Source: a virus
Taxonomy: Duplodnaviria; Caudoviricetes
Length of the DNA stretch: 64,000 nt
Virus record (IMG/VR): IMGVR_UViG_3300026549_000074
Location: 6,500 to 70,499 of that record
Strand: one strand, 5' to 3'
In this document: positions 20,197 through 30,862 of the stretch, one piece after another
Position numbering within the stretch: the stretch's first letter is position 1
Layout of the letters: every line of letters begins with the position of its first letter
Translations under genes and position numbers: made by a program
The notes under the pieces: generated by a model
Told to the model about the DNA's origin: nothing
Seen by the model: the letters and a program-made list of their open reading frames with translations, nothing else
Database searches by the model: none

Positions 20197-22533
20197 TTAT
20201 TTAGACTCCTCTTTACCCCTAAGAGATTTAATATTTTGTTTTAATGTACTAAGTATAGCAGCATTTGCACCATTAGAGCGAGCAACATTATATAATTGCT
20301 CAACAAGATCTGCTTTTTGAGAATAAGATTTATTTCTCATATTGTTAATAGCATCCATTCTAGCTTTGAGTTCCTGAGAGTATCTGGAAGAATCAGGAAA
20401 TGCTCTATTACTAATCTCACCACCAGCTATACCACCAGCAGCCATTAATAATGGATATAAGATTGATCTTTTACCAAGACCTCTTGCAGCTTTTCCATAC
20501 CAGCTTTTACCATCATTATGTACTCTTCTAGCAAGATTCTCAGAAGCAGTCCATCCACCAAAAGCACCAAGCATTGAACCAGCTTTATTAGTTCCTGTAT
20601 TATCTGATTCCTCACTGCCAAACATATCTTCGCTTAATCTGGATAACCAGTCAAGAGGTTGCCAGCTCCAGGTATCAGAATTATTTGCAGGAATTGGTTT
20701 GATTGGTTCATCTACCGATGCTTTAGCTCTTTGTACTTCATAATCATTATTAGTTAATTGCATTAAAGTATCAAAATTCTTTTGTGGAGCTTGAGCAGAT
20801 TTATTAACTATCTGACCTATACTATTTTGAATTTGATCTGTAGTATATTTACCACTGGCTATAGCAGCATAAACATTATTTTGAATAGCATTAATAGTAG
20901 AATCTCTCTTTAATTTTAATGCACTGATTTTTTTATAAGAGGCATCTAAATATCCTTGTACTGGATTATTATTATTGGAATAATCTGCATAATAATTATG
21001 TATATTATTAACATTATCTACTAATGTTTTATCATCTAATTGATCTTCAAGATATTTCTTTTCTGTATCCTTAAATTCCTTAGAAGTTGATGCATTAGTC
21101 ATATTATTCATTAAATACATCAATCTTCCAGCATTATCATGATTACCACCAGATACTAATATAGCAGTATCACGTAATGCTGCTTGTACCCGTTGGTCAG
21201 ATAATTTACCACTGCTTGCTAACTGAATTAAATCATCAAATCCACCACCAGTAATCTGACTGCCATATCTCAGCATTGCCATAGTTTGATCAGATACTGC
21301 AGATCCATTAATATCTACTGAACTTAATGATTGAGCCAGACTATGATAAGTCTGGGCTAAAGAATTTGTAGCAGATATTTGATGCCTATTCATCCAATCG
21401 GTAGAAAAGTTAAGAGCAGCTCTTTCTCTATCAGTATTAATATCTCGTATATCTCCATCAGCCTGTGATTTAACTGTTTCCACAGCATTACCAGAAACCT
21501 GATTAAGTACGGAAGTAGCATCTGCTTTTTGAGCTGCAAATCCTTTAGCATATTGTTCTTTAGCAGCATAAAAAGCTTCCTTAACTTCAGGAGAAGCAGT
21601 AAGAAGCATAGCATTAATGCTAGGATCTGTTTCTACTAAATCAAATATAGATTTACCACCATAATCAAATCCATCAGGATTATCAACAGAAGCCTGAAGT
21701 AATTGCTCCAATTTATCTCTAAACAGCTTGGATCCAGAATCTTTAAGAATCTGTTGTACACCACTATTAGTTAATTTATTAGTATTAATGGCTTTAATTA
21801 TTGAGTCTTTAGTAACTCCATAACCTTCTTCAGTAGCTTTCTTGTATATAATATTAATTAAATCATCCGTGGATAATGGTGTTAAATTTTTAGCTCTGCC
21901 ATCAGCTATTAACTGTTGAATATAGTTAGTACTATTATTTGTATAAATACCATTATCACCTTCAGTGATTTGATAAAATTCACCTTCAGTAAGATTTTTA
22001 GCTCCTAATACTTTACTTCTGATCTCATCTAATGGGTGCATCTTATGATCACTCATTGCAGCAGCAATATTTCTTACTTTTTGAGCATCAGCTTTATTTT
22101 TAAGGTTATCTAAAACATTATTAAAATCTGTGCCTCTAGATCCAATACCTAAAGCTGCATCTAATGTTTTATCACCAGTACTAGCACCACTACTGCTAAA
22201 TGTAGCAAATGGTAATTGAGATCCAATATAATCTTCTACTGATATACCTTGATCCTGTAATTCAAGTACTTTATTTGGATCCATACCAGATATAGCTCTA
22301 TATGCTAAAGCATTACTAGTATCTTTTAATTTCTTTTCATAGTCAGCTTTATGAGCATCATCTAATGCTATTAACTTTAATCCATTCTCAAAATCTTGCT
22401 GTGATTTAGCTTGGATCATACCAGCTAAAGCATTAGCAGAGTTAGTAACTCCATTAGATGCCTGTGTAGCATTTGATAATAAACTACCAGCTAATCCACC
22501 TAATACAGAGTTATATGTTTCATTCCAAGCCAT
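20197..22533 (-). CDS. Putative ejection/internal virion protein (N4 gp51 position)
   Basis: 778 aa helical Ala/Asn/Gln-rich protein with Gly-rich hydrophobic patches, immediately upstream of vRNAP. Confidence 0.55.
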   Translation of the reverse strand: MAWNETYNSVLGGLAGSLLSNATQASNGVTNSANALAGMIQAKSQQDFENGLKLIALDDAHKADYEKKLKDTSNALAYRAISGMDPNKVLELQDQGISVEDYIGSQLPFATFSSSGASTGDKTLDAALGIGSRGTDFNNVLDNLKNKADAQKVRNIAAAMSDHKMHPLDEIRSKVLGAKNLTEGEFYQITEGDNGIYTNNSTNYIQQLIADGRAKNLTPLSTDDLINIIYKKATEEGYGVTKDSIIKAINTNKLTNSGVQQILKDSGSKLFRDKLEQLLQASVDNPDGFDYGGKSIFDLVETDPSINAMLLTASPEVKEAFYAAKEQYAKGFAAQKADATSVLNQVSGNAVETVKSQADGDIRDINTDRERAALNFSTDWMNRHQISATNSLAQTYHSLAQSLSSVDINGSAVSDQTMAMLRYGSQITGGGFDDLIQLASSGKLSDQRVQAALRDTAILVSGGNHDNAGRLMYLMNNMTNASTSKEFKDTEKKYLEDQLDDKTLVDNVNNIHNYYADYSNNNNPVQGYLDASYKKISALKLKRDSTINAIQNNVYAAIASGKYTTDQIQNSIGQIVNKSAQAPQKNFDTLMQLTNNDYEVQRAKASVDEPIKPIPANNSDTWSWQPLDWLSRLSEDMFGSEESDNTGTNKAGSMLGAFGGWTASENLARRVHNDGKSWYGKAARGLGKRSILYPLLMAAGGIAGGEISNRAFPDSSRYSQELKARMDAINNMRNKSYSQKADLVEQLYNVARSNGANAAILSTLKQNIKSLRGKEESK

Positions 22534-22544
22534 AGTTATACTCC

Positions 22545-23378
22545 TTAACCATAGAGATACTTAAGTCTAGCATCCCATCTCTTTAATCCCCAGTTCTTAA
22601 ATTGTTTATTTCTGGGTTTATTATAGTAATTACCTACATTATTTTTTAGATTAACAAATGCATTAGGATCACCAGATGTAAATGCTGCATAAGCATCCTT
22701 AACCATATCACTATTTTGACCATATTCCCAAGCTACATCAGCTATCATATTTCTTTGTCTTTGAGATAACTTGGATAAATCATATTTACTAATTACTGGA
22801 TCTAAATACCAACCCATGAATTTACGAACCAGATTAGTTCTTTGAGCATTATCCATATTAGCCCAATTTTCATAGCTGGCATCACCAGTAGCATTAGCAT
22901 ATGCTTGCCATGTAGTATCAAGAATACCAGGGCCTCTTAATGCATATGATCCATTCATATAGGCATCATGCATTTTGTCTCTTCTACCTTGCTCATGATC
23001 AAATGTAAAGCCCATATCAATGTTTTTATACATGAAAGGATTATTTGGATCTAATGGATCATCTGATCTAAGGGTAGGAGTTGTTTTAGATGTACCAGAA
23101 GGTAATTCTGTTATATCCTGAGCTTTTTGTAAATCAGGATACATAGCTTTAAGCATCTCTCTTTGTAATAAACCAGATCTAAGATCATCTATATTAAAAC
23201 CAAGAATACTTGTTTGTTTAGGTATTTCTTTTGGTTTATCTTCTACTATAAAATCCCTATCAGCTACATTTTCAGCACCTACTTGAGGTGCTGTAAATTG
23301 AGTTGGTTCTGTAAATATATACTGTAATGATTTGGATTGTATAGGAGTATTTCTTTGATATAAAAATGAATCATCCAT
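22545..23378 (-). CDS. Putative virion protein with lysozyme-like region (N4 gp52 position)
   Basis: Synteny, plus LSQRQRNMIADVAWEYG and C-terminal KRWDARL, reminiscent of GH24/T4-lysozyme helices. Confidence 0.4.
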   Translation of the reverse strand: MDDSFLYQRNTPIQSKSLQYIFTEPTQFTAPQVGAENVADRDFIVEDKPKEIPKQTSILGFNIDDLRSGLLQREMLKAMYPDLQKAQDITELPSGTSKTTPTLRSDDPLDPNNPFMYKNIDMGFTFDHEQGRRDKMHDAYMNGSYALRGPGILDTTWQAYANATGDASYENWANMDNAQRTNLVRKFMGWYLDPVISKYDLSKLSQRQRNMIADVAWEYGQNSDMVKDAYAAFTSGDPNAFVNLKNNVGNYYNKPRNKQFKNWGLKRWDARLKYLYG

Positions 23379-23736
23379 TTACATATCTCCAAATAGTAGC
23401 AGTACCAGCAGATGCCTGATTCTTATATGGATTCATATTTCTTTGTCTAAAATCTGAAGTCCAGTTTTTACCAGTCCACATTGCTATATGACCATAAGGA
23501 TGAAACTTGTTTTTGTCAAATACAACAATGTCTCCTATTACAGGAGAGTACTTAGTAAGAGATATCTTCTTAAATCCTCTAATAGGCAATTCGAGATTAT
23601 ATAAATAAGCAGATGGCTGTCTGTTAAATTTTAATCCAGCATCAACTAAACCATTAGCAACATATCTGGCACAAAATCCTTGAGAAGTACCCTTAGAATG
23701 ATTATAGATATATTCAGCTGCTTTATTAATATTCAT
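23371..23736 (-). CDS. CHAP-family peptidoglycan hydrolase (endolysin candidate)
   Basis: GFCARYVANGL (catalytic Cys), GDIVVF, YGHIAMWTGKNWTSDFRQ (catalytic His). Confidence 0.85.
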   Translation of the reverse strand: MNINKAAEYIYNHSKGTSQGFCARYVANGLVDAGLKFNRQPSAYLYNLELPIRGFKKISLTKYSPVIGDIVVFDKNKFHPYGHIAMWTGKNWTSDFRQRNMNPYKNQASAGTATIWRYVNG

Positions 23737-23745
23737 AGATACTCC

Positions 23746-24324
23746 TTAGATCTGACCACCAGATCTAGCATTACGTCTAGCCGCAAACTCTTCTTTAGCT
23801 CTGGCTTCCTTATTCATATATTCTTGTTTGGTTAAATCAAAAGCTTCTTCACCTAACCTTAATTGTCTATCCATCATTTTCTTTTGATTCAGCATTCCAG
23901 CTACAGCCAATCCCATTGTAGAGATATCTTTGAATGTACCTAATCCACCATTACCAAATAATCCACCACTATATCTATTGGGACTGTTTCTCATATCATT
24001 AAGACCAGTCATCCAAAGATTGGCTTTCATCTTATCATCATAATTATTCCAGAGTGATCCAAATCTAGATTGTCCCCAGGCATCCATACCCTGGTTAAGC
24101 ATGGATTGATAATTATCATTACCAAATAAAAAAGTACCTGTAGATCCCATCCAAGACCACCAAGGTTTATCTACTTGGTTGGGAAATTGAGAAGGATTAG
24201 TAGCTTTATTCTGCTCAATACTTGCAAGAGTAGCATTAAGTGCTGATTGCTGTTGAGCTAATTGTTCACCATAATTAGGGCTAGCAGCAGCTGTAGGAAG
24301 ACTTCCTGTCATTATATAAGCCAT
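23746..24324 (-). CDS. Putative virion/ejection protein
   Basis: Late operon. GAGG RBS before MAYIMTG (ATG at 24324). Gly-rich segments and C-terminal coiled coil. Confidence 0.55.
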   Translation of the reverse strand: MAYIMTGSLPTAAASPNYGEQLAQQQSALNATLASIEQNKATNPSQFPNQVDKPWWSWMGSTGTFLFGNDNYQSMLNQGMDAWGQSRFGSLWNNYDDKMKANLWMTGLNDMRNSPNRYSGGLFGNGGLGTFKDISTMGLAVAGMLNQKKMMDRQLRLGEEAFDLTKQEYMNKEARAKEEFAARRNARSGGQI

Positions 24325-24331
24325 AGTTACC

Positions 24332-25381
24332 TCACATAATCTTTCCCATACCATATGCTGCTAAAAGCATAGGAATTAAACCAATATCTTTATCTTTAGT
24401 TAACTGAGCAGTACGATCATCTTGTAACATTTTATCAGCCATAAGATAATCTAATATAGATGTATTAGCTTTAGTATCTCTAATTGGTTGAGTAGTATTA
24501 GATGTCTCACCAGATTTAGTATCAGATACTTCACTAACTTTATCATTAGAACCACCAGCATTAGAGACTGATGCATCATTGGGTTTCTGGTAATATTCCC
24601 ATTCAGGGTGTCCTTCTAATCCATAGATTCCATATAATTTCTGTAAATTACCTTTTGGATCTATATATGAATCTTGATCCCATAATTTACCATCATGAAG
24701 TGCTTTCTTCATAGCTAATTGTAAATTATGATAGGTTGTAGCATCACCAGTTTCATATGCTTTTTGTATTCCGGGTCCATACTGAGCTTGTATAGCTTTA
24801 AGATCTGAACTGCCTTGTGCAGATGCTGCTGTCTTAACAGGATCTGATGTTTTTGTTACTTGTGATACATCTTCTTTCTTAACAGGATCTAATGGTTTTG
24901 CTGTTTGCGATATTTCTTGTTTTTTAATCCATTTAGGGCTAAAGTGAGCTGTTATATAATCACTAATAGCAAAACGTTTAGCAGCATCATCCCATTCAGA
25001 ATATGGTTGTTTTGAAAAGTTTTCTTCATAAGCATTCTGGTTATAACCACCTTTTTCAAATATTTTAGCAATATCATTATCTGATAATTGATCTAAAATA
25101 GATTCAGGTATTTCTTGATCTTTAATTAAGTTACCTGTAGCAGTTTTATAAGCTGCTTGGTATCTCCCATTTTTACTATCATAGTAGAAACCAAAACTGC
25201 CATTAGGTCCAAGTTGTTTTATTGGAGTAAAATAATCATTATCACCAAATGAAGTGAAAAATTCTTTACCTGCAGTCCATCCAACTGGATTAAATGTTAA
25301 TGGACTGCTCTCAAGCTTATCTGAACCAGCTGTAAAATCATTAAATGTTTTTAATTTACTTGCGTCAGCTAAACCACCCAT
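24332..25381 (-). CDS. Putative virion protein
   Basis: Late operon. GAGG RBS before MGGLADASK (25381). Low-complexity S/T linkers and hydrophobic C-terminus. Confidence 0.55.
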   Translation of the reverse strand: MGGLADASKLKTFNDFTAGSDKLESSPLTFNPVGWTAGKEFFTSFGDNDYFTPIKQLGPNGSFGFYYDSKNGRYQAAYKTATGNLIKDQEIPESILDQLSDNDIAKIFEKGGYNQNAYEENFSKQPYSEWDDAAKRFAISDYITAHFSPKWIKKQEISQTAKPLDPVKKEDVSQVTKTSDPVKTAASAQGSSDLKAIQAQYGPGIQKAYETGDATTYHNLQLAMKKALHDGKLWDQDSYIDPKGNLQKLYGIYGLEGHPEWEYYQKPNDASVSNAGGSNDKVSEVSDTKSGETSNTTQPIRDTKANTSILDYLMADKMLQDDRTAQLTKDKDIGLIPMLLAAYGMGKIM

Positions 25382-25393
25382 AGTTAACCTCAC

Positions 25394-26998
25394 TTAGTCA
25401 TATCGAATTGCATCATCGTTCATTTTACTTAAAATATCCGAAATATCTGCATCGGAGTATTTACCAGATGCCTTAACTCTAGGATCATTAAAGAATGCTT
25501 GTACAGCATCTTTATTTAGCATATAAGGAGTTGTATATATTTGTTCACCATCTTTTCCTAATAAATAAGAACTCTTAGTTAAATTAGTCCTATGATAGTC
25601 CATTTTACCTAAAGCTTCTGGAGCTACCTGATCTAAATAACGTATAAAATCTCCGGAAAATCCTTTTCCATCGATTCTGATTCCTCTACGTCTTAATTGA
25701 TCGAGTAGTGTTAAATAACCATCGTTCATTTGTTGTTTAGTAATAATACCTGGTTCCTGGTATGGGGATATAAATTTACTTGTATCTATATCTCTGTTAT
25801 AATCAATACCATTTAATGGTTTAGAACGTACTCCAGAAGTAAAGTCAGCTGGGTCAGCTGATCTATTAGCATCTACATAATCTTGTGGCATATCAGGATA
25901 AGAAGCAGCTCTTTGGTTTAATGTTCTAATATCATCTCTAACTGTTGCTGGATCATCTCGCATACCTTTTCCTGAAAACCAATTAGAGACTTGATCACCA
26001 GATCTTCTAAGCATATTACCAAGTTCATCCCATTTAGATCCTAAATGAACTATATCTCTAATATTACTAGTACCAGCTTCATCATCCTCACCATAGTATT
26101 TATGTAAAGCAGCATCCCCGATATCAAAAGCTATTTTTGCAGGTGCTACTCCTGAGGTAAGATAGCTGGCATAACCAAGACCTTGACCAGTAGTACCCCA
26201 ACCACCATAAACATTTTGCATTTCATCAGCACCTGTATCTTTAGGGGATAATGCATCTGTTATATAACCAACAACTGCACCAGGTGCAGCTTTAAGATTG
26301 GATAAAAGACCATGCTTTATTTTGGCACCTGTAGTTATTTTTGCATCTCTAGTACTTAGAATTTTATTTTTTACATCTTCTGGAATTCCTCCATTTCTAT
26401 AACCTGCCTTTTTAGCCTCAGCTATCGCTTTATCATACATACCTTGTCTAGTAGCAGCTTCAGTAAATCCATAGAAAGGATTAATTCCATTTAATATTGA
26501 TTTAAGTCTACCTGCTTGTTTAATACCAGCGTCTTCAGCAGATGGTAACTTACCAATTCCAGGTGTCCATCTGCTTGTCATTCTAGTCCAGAATCCAGGT
26601 TTAGTTTCTGTAGCTGTACCACCATTAGCAGCAGGTTTAGATGTAGTTTCTGGAGTTGTACTATTAACAGTAGGTTTAGTTTCTGTAGCTATACCATTAG
26701 CAGGTTTAGCTTCTGGAGCAGGTTTAGCTTCTGGAGCTGTACTATTAGTAGCAGGTTTAGATGTAGTATCTAAATATTTACTAAAATCGAATTGATTAAT
26801 GTCTTTAATTTTACGAAAATCTTCATCAGACATTTGTTTTTGCATATTTTTTAATATTCGTTTTTCTGCACGAGACCATCCTGTTAAATTTTTACTGCGC
26901 TGTTCGGATAATCTATAAGATGATTTATAATATGGGTCATTTTGAACTTTATTAATTAAATCTTTTAAGTTTGTAAACTTAGTTATATCCTCAGCCAT
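25394..26998 (-). CDS. Putative virion protein with P/A/E/K/T repeats
   Basis: 534 aa in the late operon; repeats TSKPA / APEAKP / ATETKP. Confidence 0.55.
   Translation of the reverse strand: MAEDITKFTNLKDLINKVQNDPYYKSSYRLSEQRSKNLTGWSRAEKRILKNMQKQMSDEDFRKIKDINQFDFSKYLDTTSKPATNSTAPEAKPAPEAKPANGIATETKPTVNSTTPETTSKPAANGGTATETKPGFWTRMTSRWTPGIGKLPSAEDAGIKQAGRLKSILNGINPFYGFTEAATRQGMYDKAIAEAKKAGYRNGGIPEDVKNKILSTRDAKITTGAKIKHGLLSNLKAAPGAVVGYITDALSPKDTGADEMQNVYGGWGTTGQGLGYASYLTSGVAPAKIAFDIGDAALHKYYGEDDEAGTSNIRDIVHLGSKWDELGNMLRRSGDQVSNWFSGKGMRDDPATVRDDIRTLNQRAASYPDMPQDYVDANRSADPADFTSGVRSKPLNGIDYNRDIDTSKFISPYQEPGIITKQQMNDGYLTLLDQLRRRGIRIDGKGFSGDFIRYLDQVAPEALGKMDYHRTNLTKSSYLLGKDGEQIYTTPYMLNKDAVQAFFNDPRVKASGKYSDADISDILSKMNDDAIRYD
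26593..26765 (-). repeat. Intragenic imperfect tandem repeats
   Basis: Recurring GCAGGTTTAG units, GCAGGTTTAGCTTCTGGA twice in tandem, GGTTTAGTTTCTGTAGCT twice. Confidence 0.7.
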
Positions 26999-26999
26999 A

Positions 27000-29948
27000 T
27001 TACATCTCCTTCTTTTGTTGGATATTTCCTAATGTAGATCCATTACAAGGATTAAAGTTATAAATATCTATTAAACTTACAGATCTAGCTAATGATACAT
27101 TACTCTTTGGCATATCAAAAGGTAATTGATATTTCCAAAAGGTTCCTGCACTGGCATCATAAGTTACACTAGGATATAAAATTTGAGAATTATACATATC
27201 AGTTATTGTAAACATATCATGACAGTTATTAAGATTGTTCATCTCAATAGTCACAGATGGTTCTGAATTGCATAATATAGATTGTTCATATGAGAATTGA
27301 GTCATAGCTAATTTTGAATCTGCTAAATATTTCAGCATAGTATTCATATGATCTTTATAAAGATACTGATATTTTTCTGCTAAATTCTCCATAGCTTTTT
27401 GATATTTATCTTTATAATATTGTTGGAATATTGAAATAGTAGAATTAGAGACTTTCATAATAGTCTCAGGTGAAGTTAATATATCTGATAAAGCTATTTG
27501 ACTGGTTTTAGTAAACTCATCATTGAAGATAGTATCTTTAGCATCCCCTCTTGTTCTGGTTATATAACTTGGTTCTGTATTAGGTATTTTAGGGGTACTT
27601 TGGTAATTATAAATATTAACAGCATAAGATCCAATCATCATAATAGCTTGAGCCATAGCTACTGGATTACCTTCTTTGATCATGTTTATAAAATCTGTAT
27701 TAGCTAATTGAATGCCTAAACCTATACCACCTGAAATAATAGGATTATCAAAAGCAGATGATAATGAACCAAGTAAACCAGAAGATGATTTACCTAAAGC
27801 ATCACTGAATACACTGTAAGGACTGCTAACATTAGCGGCAATAGAATAAGCAGATCCAGCTATAGAACCTACTTGAGTAAGTAATGTACCTGTTTGGCTT
27901 AATCTTTTATTATTAGTTAAATTACCAGTTAAATTAAGTAAATTACCACCTATAGTAGTTCCCATAATAAATGCAGATGTACCAGAAGCAAACATTGTAC
28001 TTGCTGCTCCACCTATAGAAAATTCAGCAGCTGATGTACCTGCATTTACAACTGCTCCACCAGCTGCACCTACAGCTGCTCCAGCAGCCCCTGCAGCATA
28101 ACCTGCTGCAAATGCAGCTACACCTTCACCAGCTGCACTTAAACCAGATTTGAATGCATCACCCCAGGAACCACCATAATATAGAGCTACATCCATAGCA
28201 CAAAGTATTTTAATTGCTAAAGCTACAGCAGCTATTATTGCTGCTACCCAAGATACTGGAGGAAATACATAAGCTACAAACCCACATACTGCTATAACTA
28301 TATTTAACACTGGTTGGATTATTTTAACCATAACAGGCATTACTATATGTTCATCCATCCAGTCTCTTATATTTGGACTGATAGTGTAGGCAGGTATCAT
28401 AAAACCTAAACCAATTAAAGATAAAACAATAGTTGCAACAATCCAATGAAAGAATCCACGATGCTTCTTAACTTTTTTTCTATATAGATACCAAGCATCT
28501 AAAGAATATTGGGCTATAATAGATGCCCTTTGTGCACCACACTTTCTTAAGACAAATAAATTAAGAGGAATACCAAAATCTGCATCACCTTCACTATCCT
28601 CACAATGACCATTGTTATAAGCTTTATAATAGAATTCACCTACAGTAGAGTATTCAACTACATGCTTACTATCTAACTTATAGCCAAAAGCAAGATTAGG
28701 TCTTCCTTTTCTACCCCATGCTTTAGAATAGTAATGACCTACTTTACAGTTCTTAGCAGCATCAGAATCTGGTGCTTTGGTTTCTTTTTTAATACCATGC
28801 CAACCAAACTTCTTATGATAAGTAGATTCTTCTATATCTTCCTCATGAGCACCAGATCCATACTTATGTCTCATGTACTCAAAGAATCTGAACCAGTAAA
28901 CAGAGATACATTCCTTACCATAGGCTTTCTCATAATCATAACCATCTGATTTTTTACAACCCCAGTAAGGATTAACTTCCCATTGAACAGTGATAGATTT
29001 CATATCACCGTTTATTTCCATATCTTTATTTACTTCTACATCTTTCTTCTTATTCTCTTCATTATTAAGCATGTAGCAGATTTGTTCCCAATCCAGACCT
29101 AACTTAGAATCCAGAATATCTTCAGTGGCTGGTACTGCTATATCTTTTAATTCTTCTTTAGTATGTTTATCTTTATCTTTATAGATCTTATAAACATTAG
29201 TAGAATTAACTCTTGCTACAAATATAGGAAGATAACCATTCTTTCTTTTCTTTCTGACATATGATTTTGGAGTTAAATCCAGATCTGCATAAGGTACTGT
29301 AACTGTATGGTAGTTACCTGATGCATCAGCATAAGTAGCAGTATAGTTAGTTGAACCAATAGATTTATAAGTATCATCATCTATTGTTAATACTTTAATC
29401 TGAGCATTGGGATGATCTGTTATATCTTCCTCATTACCTACTGGTTCAGAGCATAGATATATAGTAGATCCAGATATCTCAGCATAATACCAGTAGTTAG
29501 TAGTCTTGGATATTACTTCTCCAGTACTGGGATCTATAACAGATAATTCTTCTGTTACTAATTCTGTTTCTGGATCATATGCAGTGAAATGGGTTTGTAA
29601 GTATTTGGTTACTATAGTATCAGGAGATACATAATCATAGCCATGTCTTACAAGGTAAGAAGCATCAGGATATTGAGATTTAATCCATTCTAAAACCTTC
29701 TCACCATCATTTTTAGAATAGACATATGAGTATGGAAGAACTTCTTGAAATTTCTTACTACTCCAACAATAAGCGTATAGTTGATTTAATCCAACTAATA
29801 CGCTTGATTGAAGAGCTAACGCAGATATGGTACTGTAATCAAAATTACCTAAAGTACAGGCTAACTGATAAGATCTAACTATATCAGTAGCCTGACCATC
29901 ACCCGGGTCTAAAAACCATGATGTGTAATTCCGATATTTGGTACTCAT
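27000..29948 (-). CDS. Large structural protein with predicted membrane segments (N4 gp53 position)
   Basis: 982 aa. Hydrophobic stretches FFHWIVATIVLSLIGLGFMIP and VIAVCGFVAYVFPPVSWVAAIIAAVALAI, then a Gly/Ala-rich region. Synteny. Confidence 0.6.
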   Translation of the reverse strand: MSTKYRNYTSWFLDPGDGQATDIVRSYQLACTLGNFDYSTISALALQSSVLVGLNQLYAYCWSSKKFQEVLPYSYVYSKNDGEKVLEWIKSQYPDASYLVRHGYDYVSPDTIVTKYLQTHFTAYDPETELVTEELSVIDPSTGEVISKTTNYWYYAEISGSTIYLCSEPVGNEEDITDHPNAQIKVLTIDDDTYKSIGSTNYTATYADASGNYHTVTVPYADLDLTPKSYVRKKRKNGYLPIFVARVNSTNVYKIYKDKDKHTKEELKDIAVPATEDILDSKLGLDWEQICYMLNNEENKKKDVEVNKDMEINGDMKSITVQWEVNPYWGCKKSDGYDYEKAYGKECISVYWFRFFEYMRHKYGSGAHEEDIEESTYHKKFGWHGIKKETKAPDSDAAKNCKVGHYYSKAWGRKGRPNLAFGYKLDSKHVVEYSTVGEFYYKAYNNGHCEDSEGDADFGIPLNLFVLRKCGAQRASIIAQYSLDAWYLYRKKVKKHRGFFHWIVATIVLSLIGLGFMIPAYTISPNIRDWMDEHIVMPVMVKIIQPVLNIVIAVCGFVAYVFPPVSWVAAIIAAVALAIKILCAMDVALYYGGSWGDAFKSGLSAAGEGVAAFAAGYAAGAAGAAVGAAGGAVVNAGTSAAEFSIGGAASTMFASGTSAFIMGTTIGGNLLNLTGNLTNNKRLSQTGTLLTQVGSIAGSAYSIAANVSSPYSVFSDALGKSSSGLLGSLSSAFDNPIISGGIGLGIQLANTDFINMIKEGNPVAMAQAIMMIGSYAVNIYNYQSTPKIPNTEPSYITRTRGDAKDTIFNDEFTKTSQIALSDILTSPETIMKVSNSTISIFQQYYKDKYQKAMENLAEKYQYLYKDHMNTMLKYLADSKLAMTQFSYEQSILCNSEPSVTIEMNNLNNCHDMFTITDMYNSQILYPSVTYDASAGTFWKYQLPFDMPKSNVSLARSVSLIDIYNFNPCNGSTLGNIQQKKEM

Positions 29949-29950
29949 AA

Positions 29951-30862
29951 TTAATCATCATTTGAATCATCATTGCCAGTATTAGCTGCTGGGTTCTCAG
30001 ATGAACCTGCTTTAGGGAACCACTTATCCATACGCTGTGAATAAGGAATACCACTAAGAGCATCTGAATCTAACTGAGTAGAATCCTGACCATTAATAGT
30101 AGTAGTAATAGGAGGAATACCTAATCCTACTCTGCACTTATTGAGGGTAGAGATAGCATTAGATGCATTCAAACCAAAGTACTGAGGACCAACAGTCTCA
30201 GATTGTTCCATAGTATTGAATACATCAAGAACAGAAAGCTTAGCCCACTTAAGTTCAGCATCCCTTTCAGTAGACCACATGGACTTATCAATCTGTTCCT
30301 TCTGCTTACCCAGTAAACCAGTAACCTTAACAAATGGCTGACAAACCTTATTAATAATAGGCTGACCAGATTTACCACCAACATCAAAGATAGGCTTAAC
30401 CAGTACTTCAGGAGATATCTTGTAAAGATCATCATCAGGACCATAGAGCCTATCTACATAATCTCTGGTTTGAGCCTGTTCTGTAATGATCTTCTGCTTA
30501 ACCAGTAAATTCTGTAACTTAGCCTGTTTAAGCTGTTCCTCAGCTATCTCTAACTGTTTCTTGGCTAGATCTGTTTGTGCTTTAGCCTGTTCAGCCTGTG
30601 CCTTGGCTAATTCCTTCTGAGCTTTAGTTAACTCTGTCTGGGAATCAGTCTGGTCTGACTGTATCAGGAACTGAGCAGCTACCTGATAGCATATCTGGAG
30701 AAGAGCTGTATGAGCCTGAGCATAATCAGATCCAGTAATCCTTCCCTGATCATACTCAACTCTTAAATTCTCCTCACCTATATGAACCAGTCTGTCAAAA
30801 GCTCCCTGACCACCATTCTCAAAGAGCTTATCCTGAGTAAATCTATCAATAGATAATGTCAT
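29951..30862 (-). CDS. Structural protein (N4 gp54-like)
   Basis: EYDQGRITGSDYAQAH...AAQF, Q-rich coiled coil, LLGKQKEQ; synteny downstream of MCP. Confidence 0.65.
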   Translation of the reverse strand: MTLSIDRFTQDKLFENGGQGAFDRLVHIGEENLRVEYDQGRITGSDYAQAHTALLQICYQVAAQFLIQSDQTDSQTELTKAQKELAKAQAEQAKAQTDLAKKQLEIAEEQLKQAKLQNLLVKQKIITEQAQTRDYVDRLYGPDDDLYKISPEVLVKPIFDVGGKSGQPIINKVCQPFVKVTGLLGKQKEQIDKSMWSTERDAELKWAKLSVLDVFNTMEQSETVGPQYFGLNASNAISTLNKCRVGLGIPPITTTINGQDSTQLDSDALSGIPYSQRMDKWFPKAGSSENPAANTGNDDSNDD

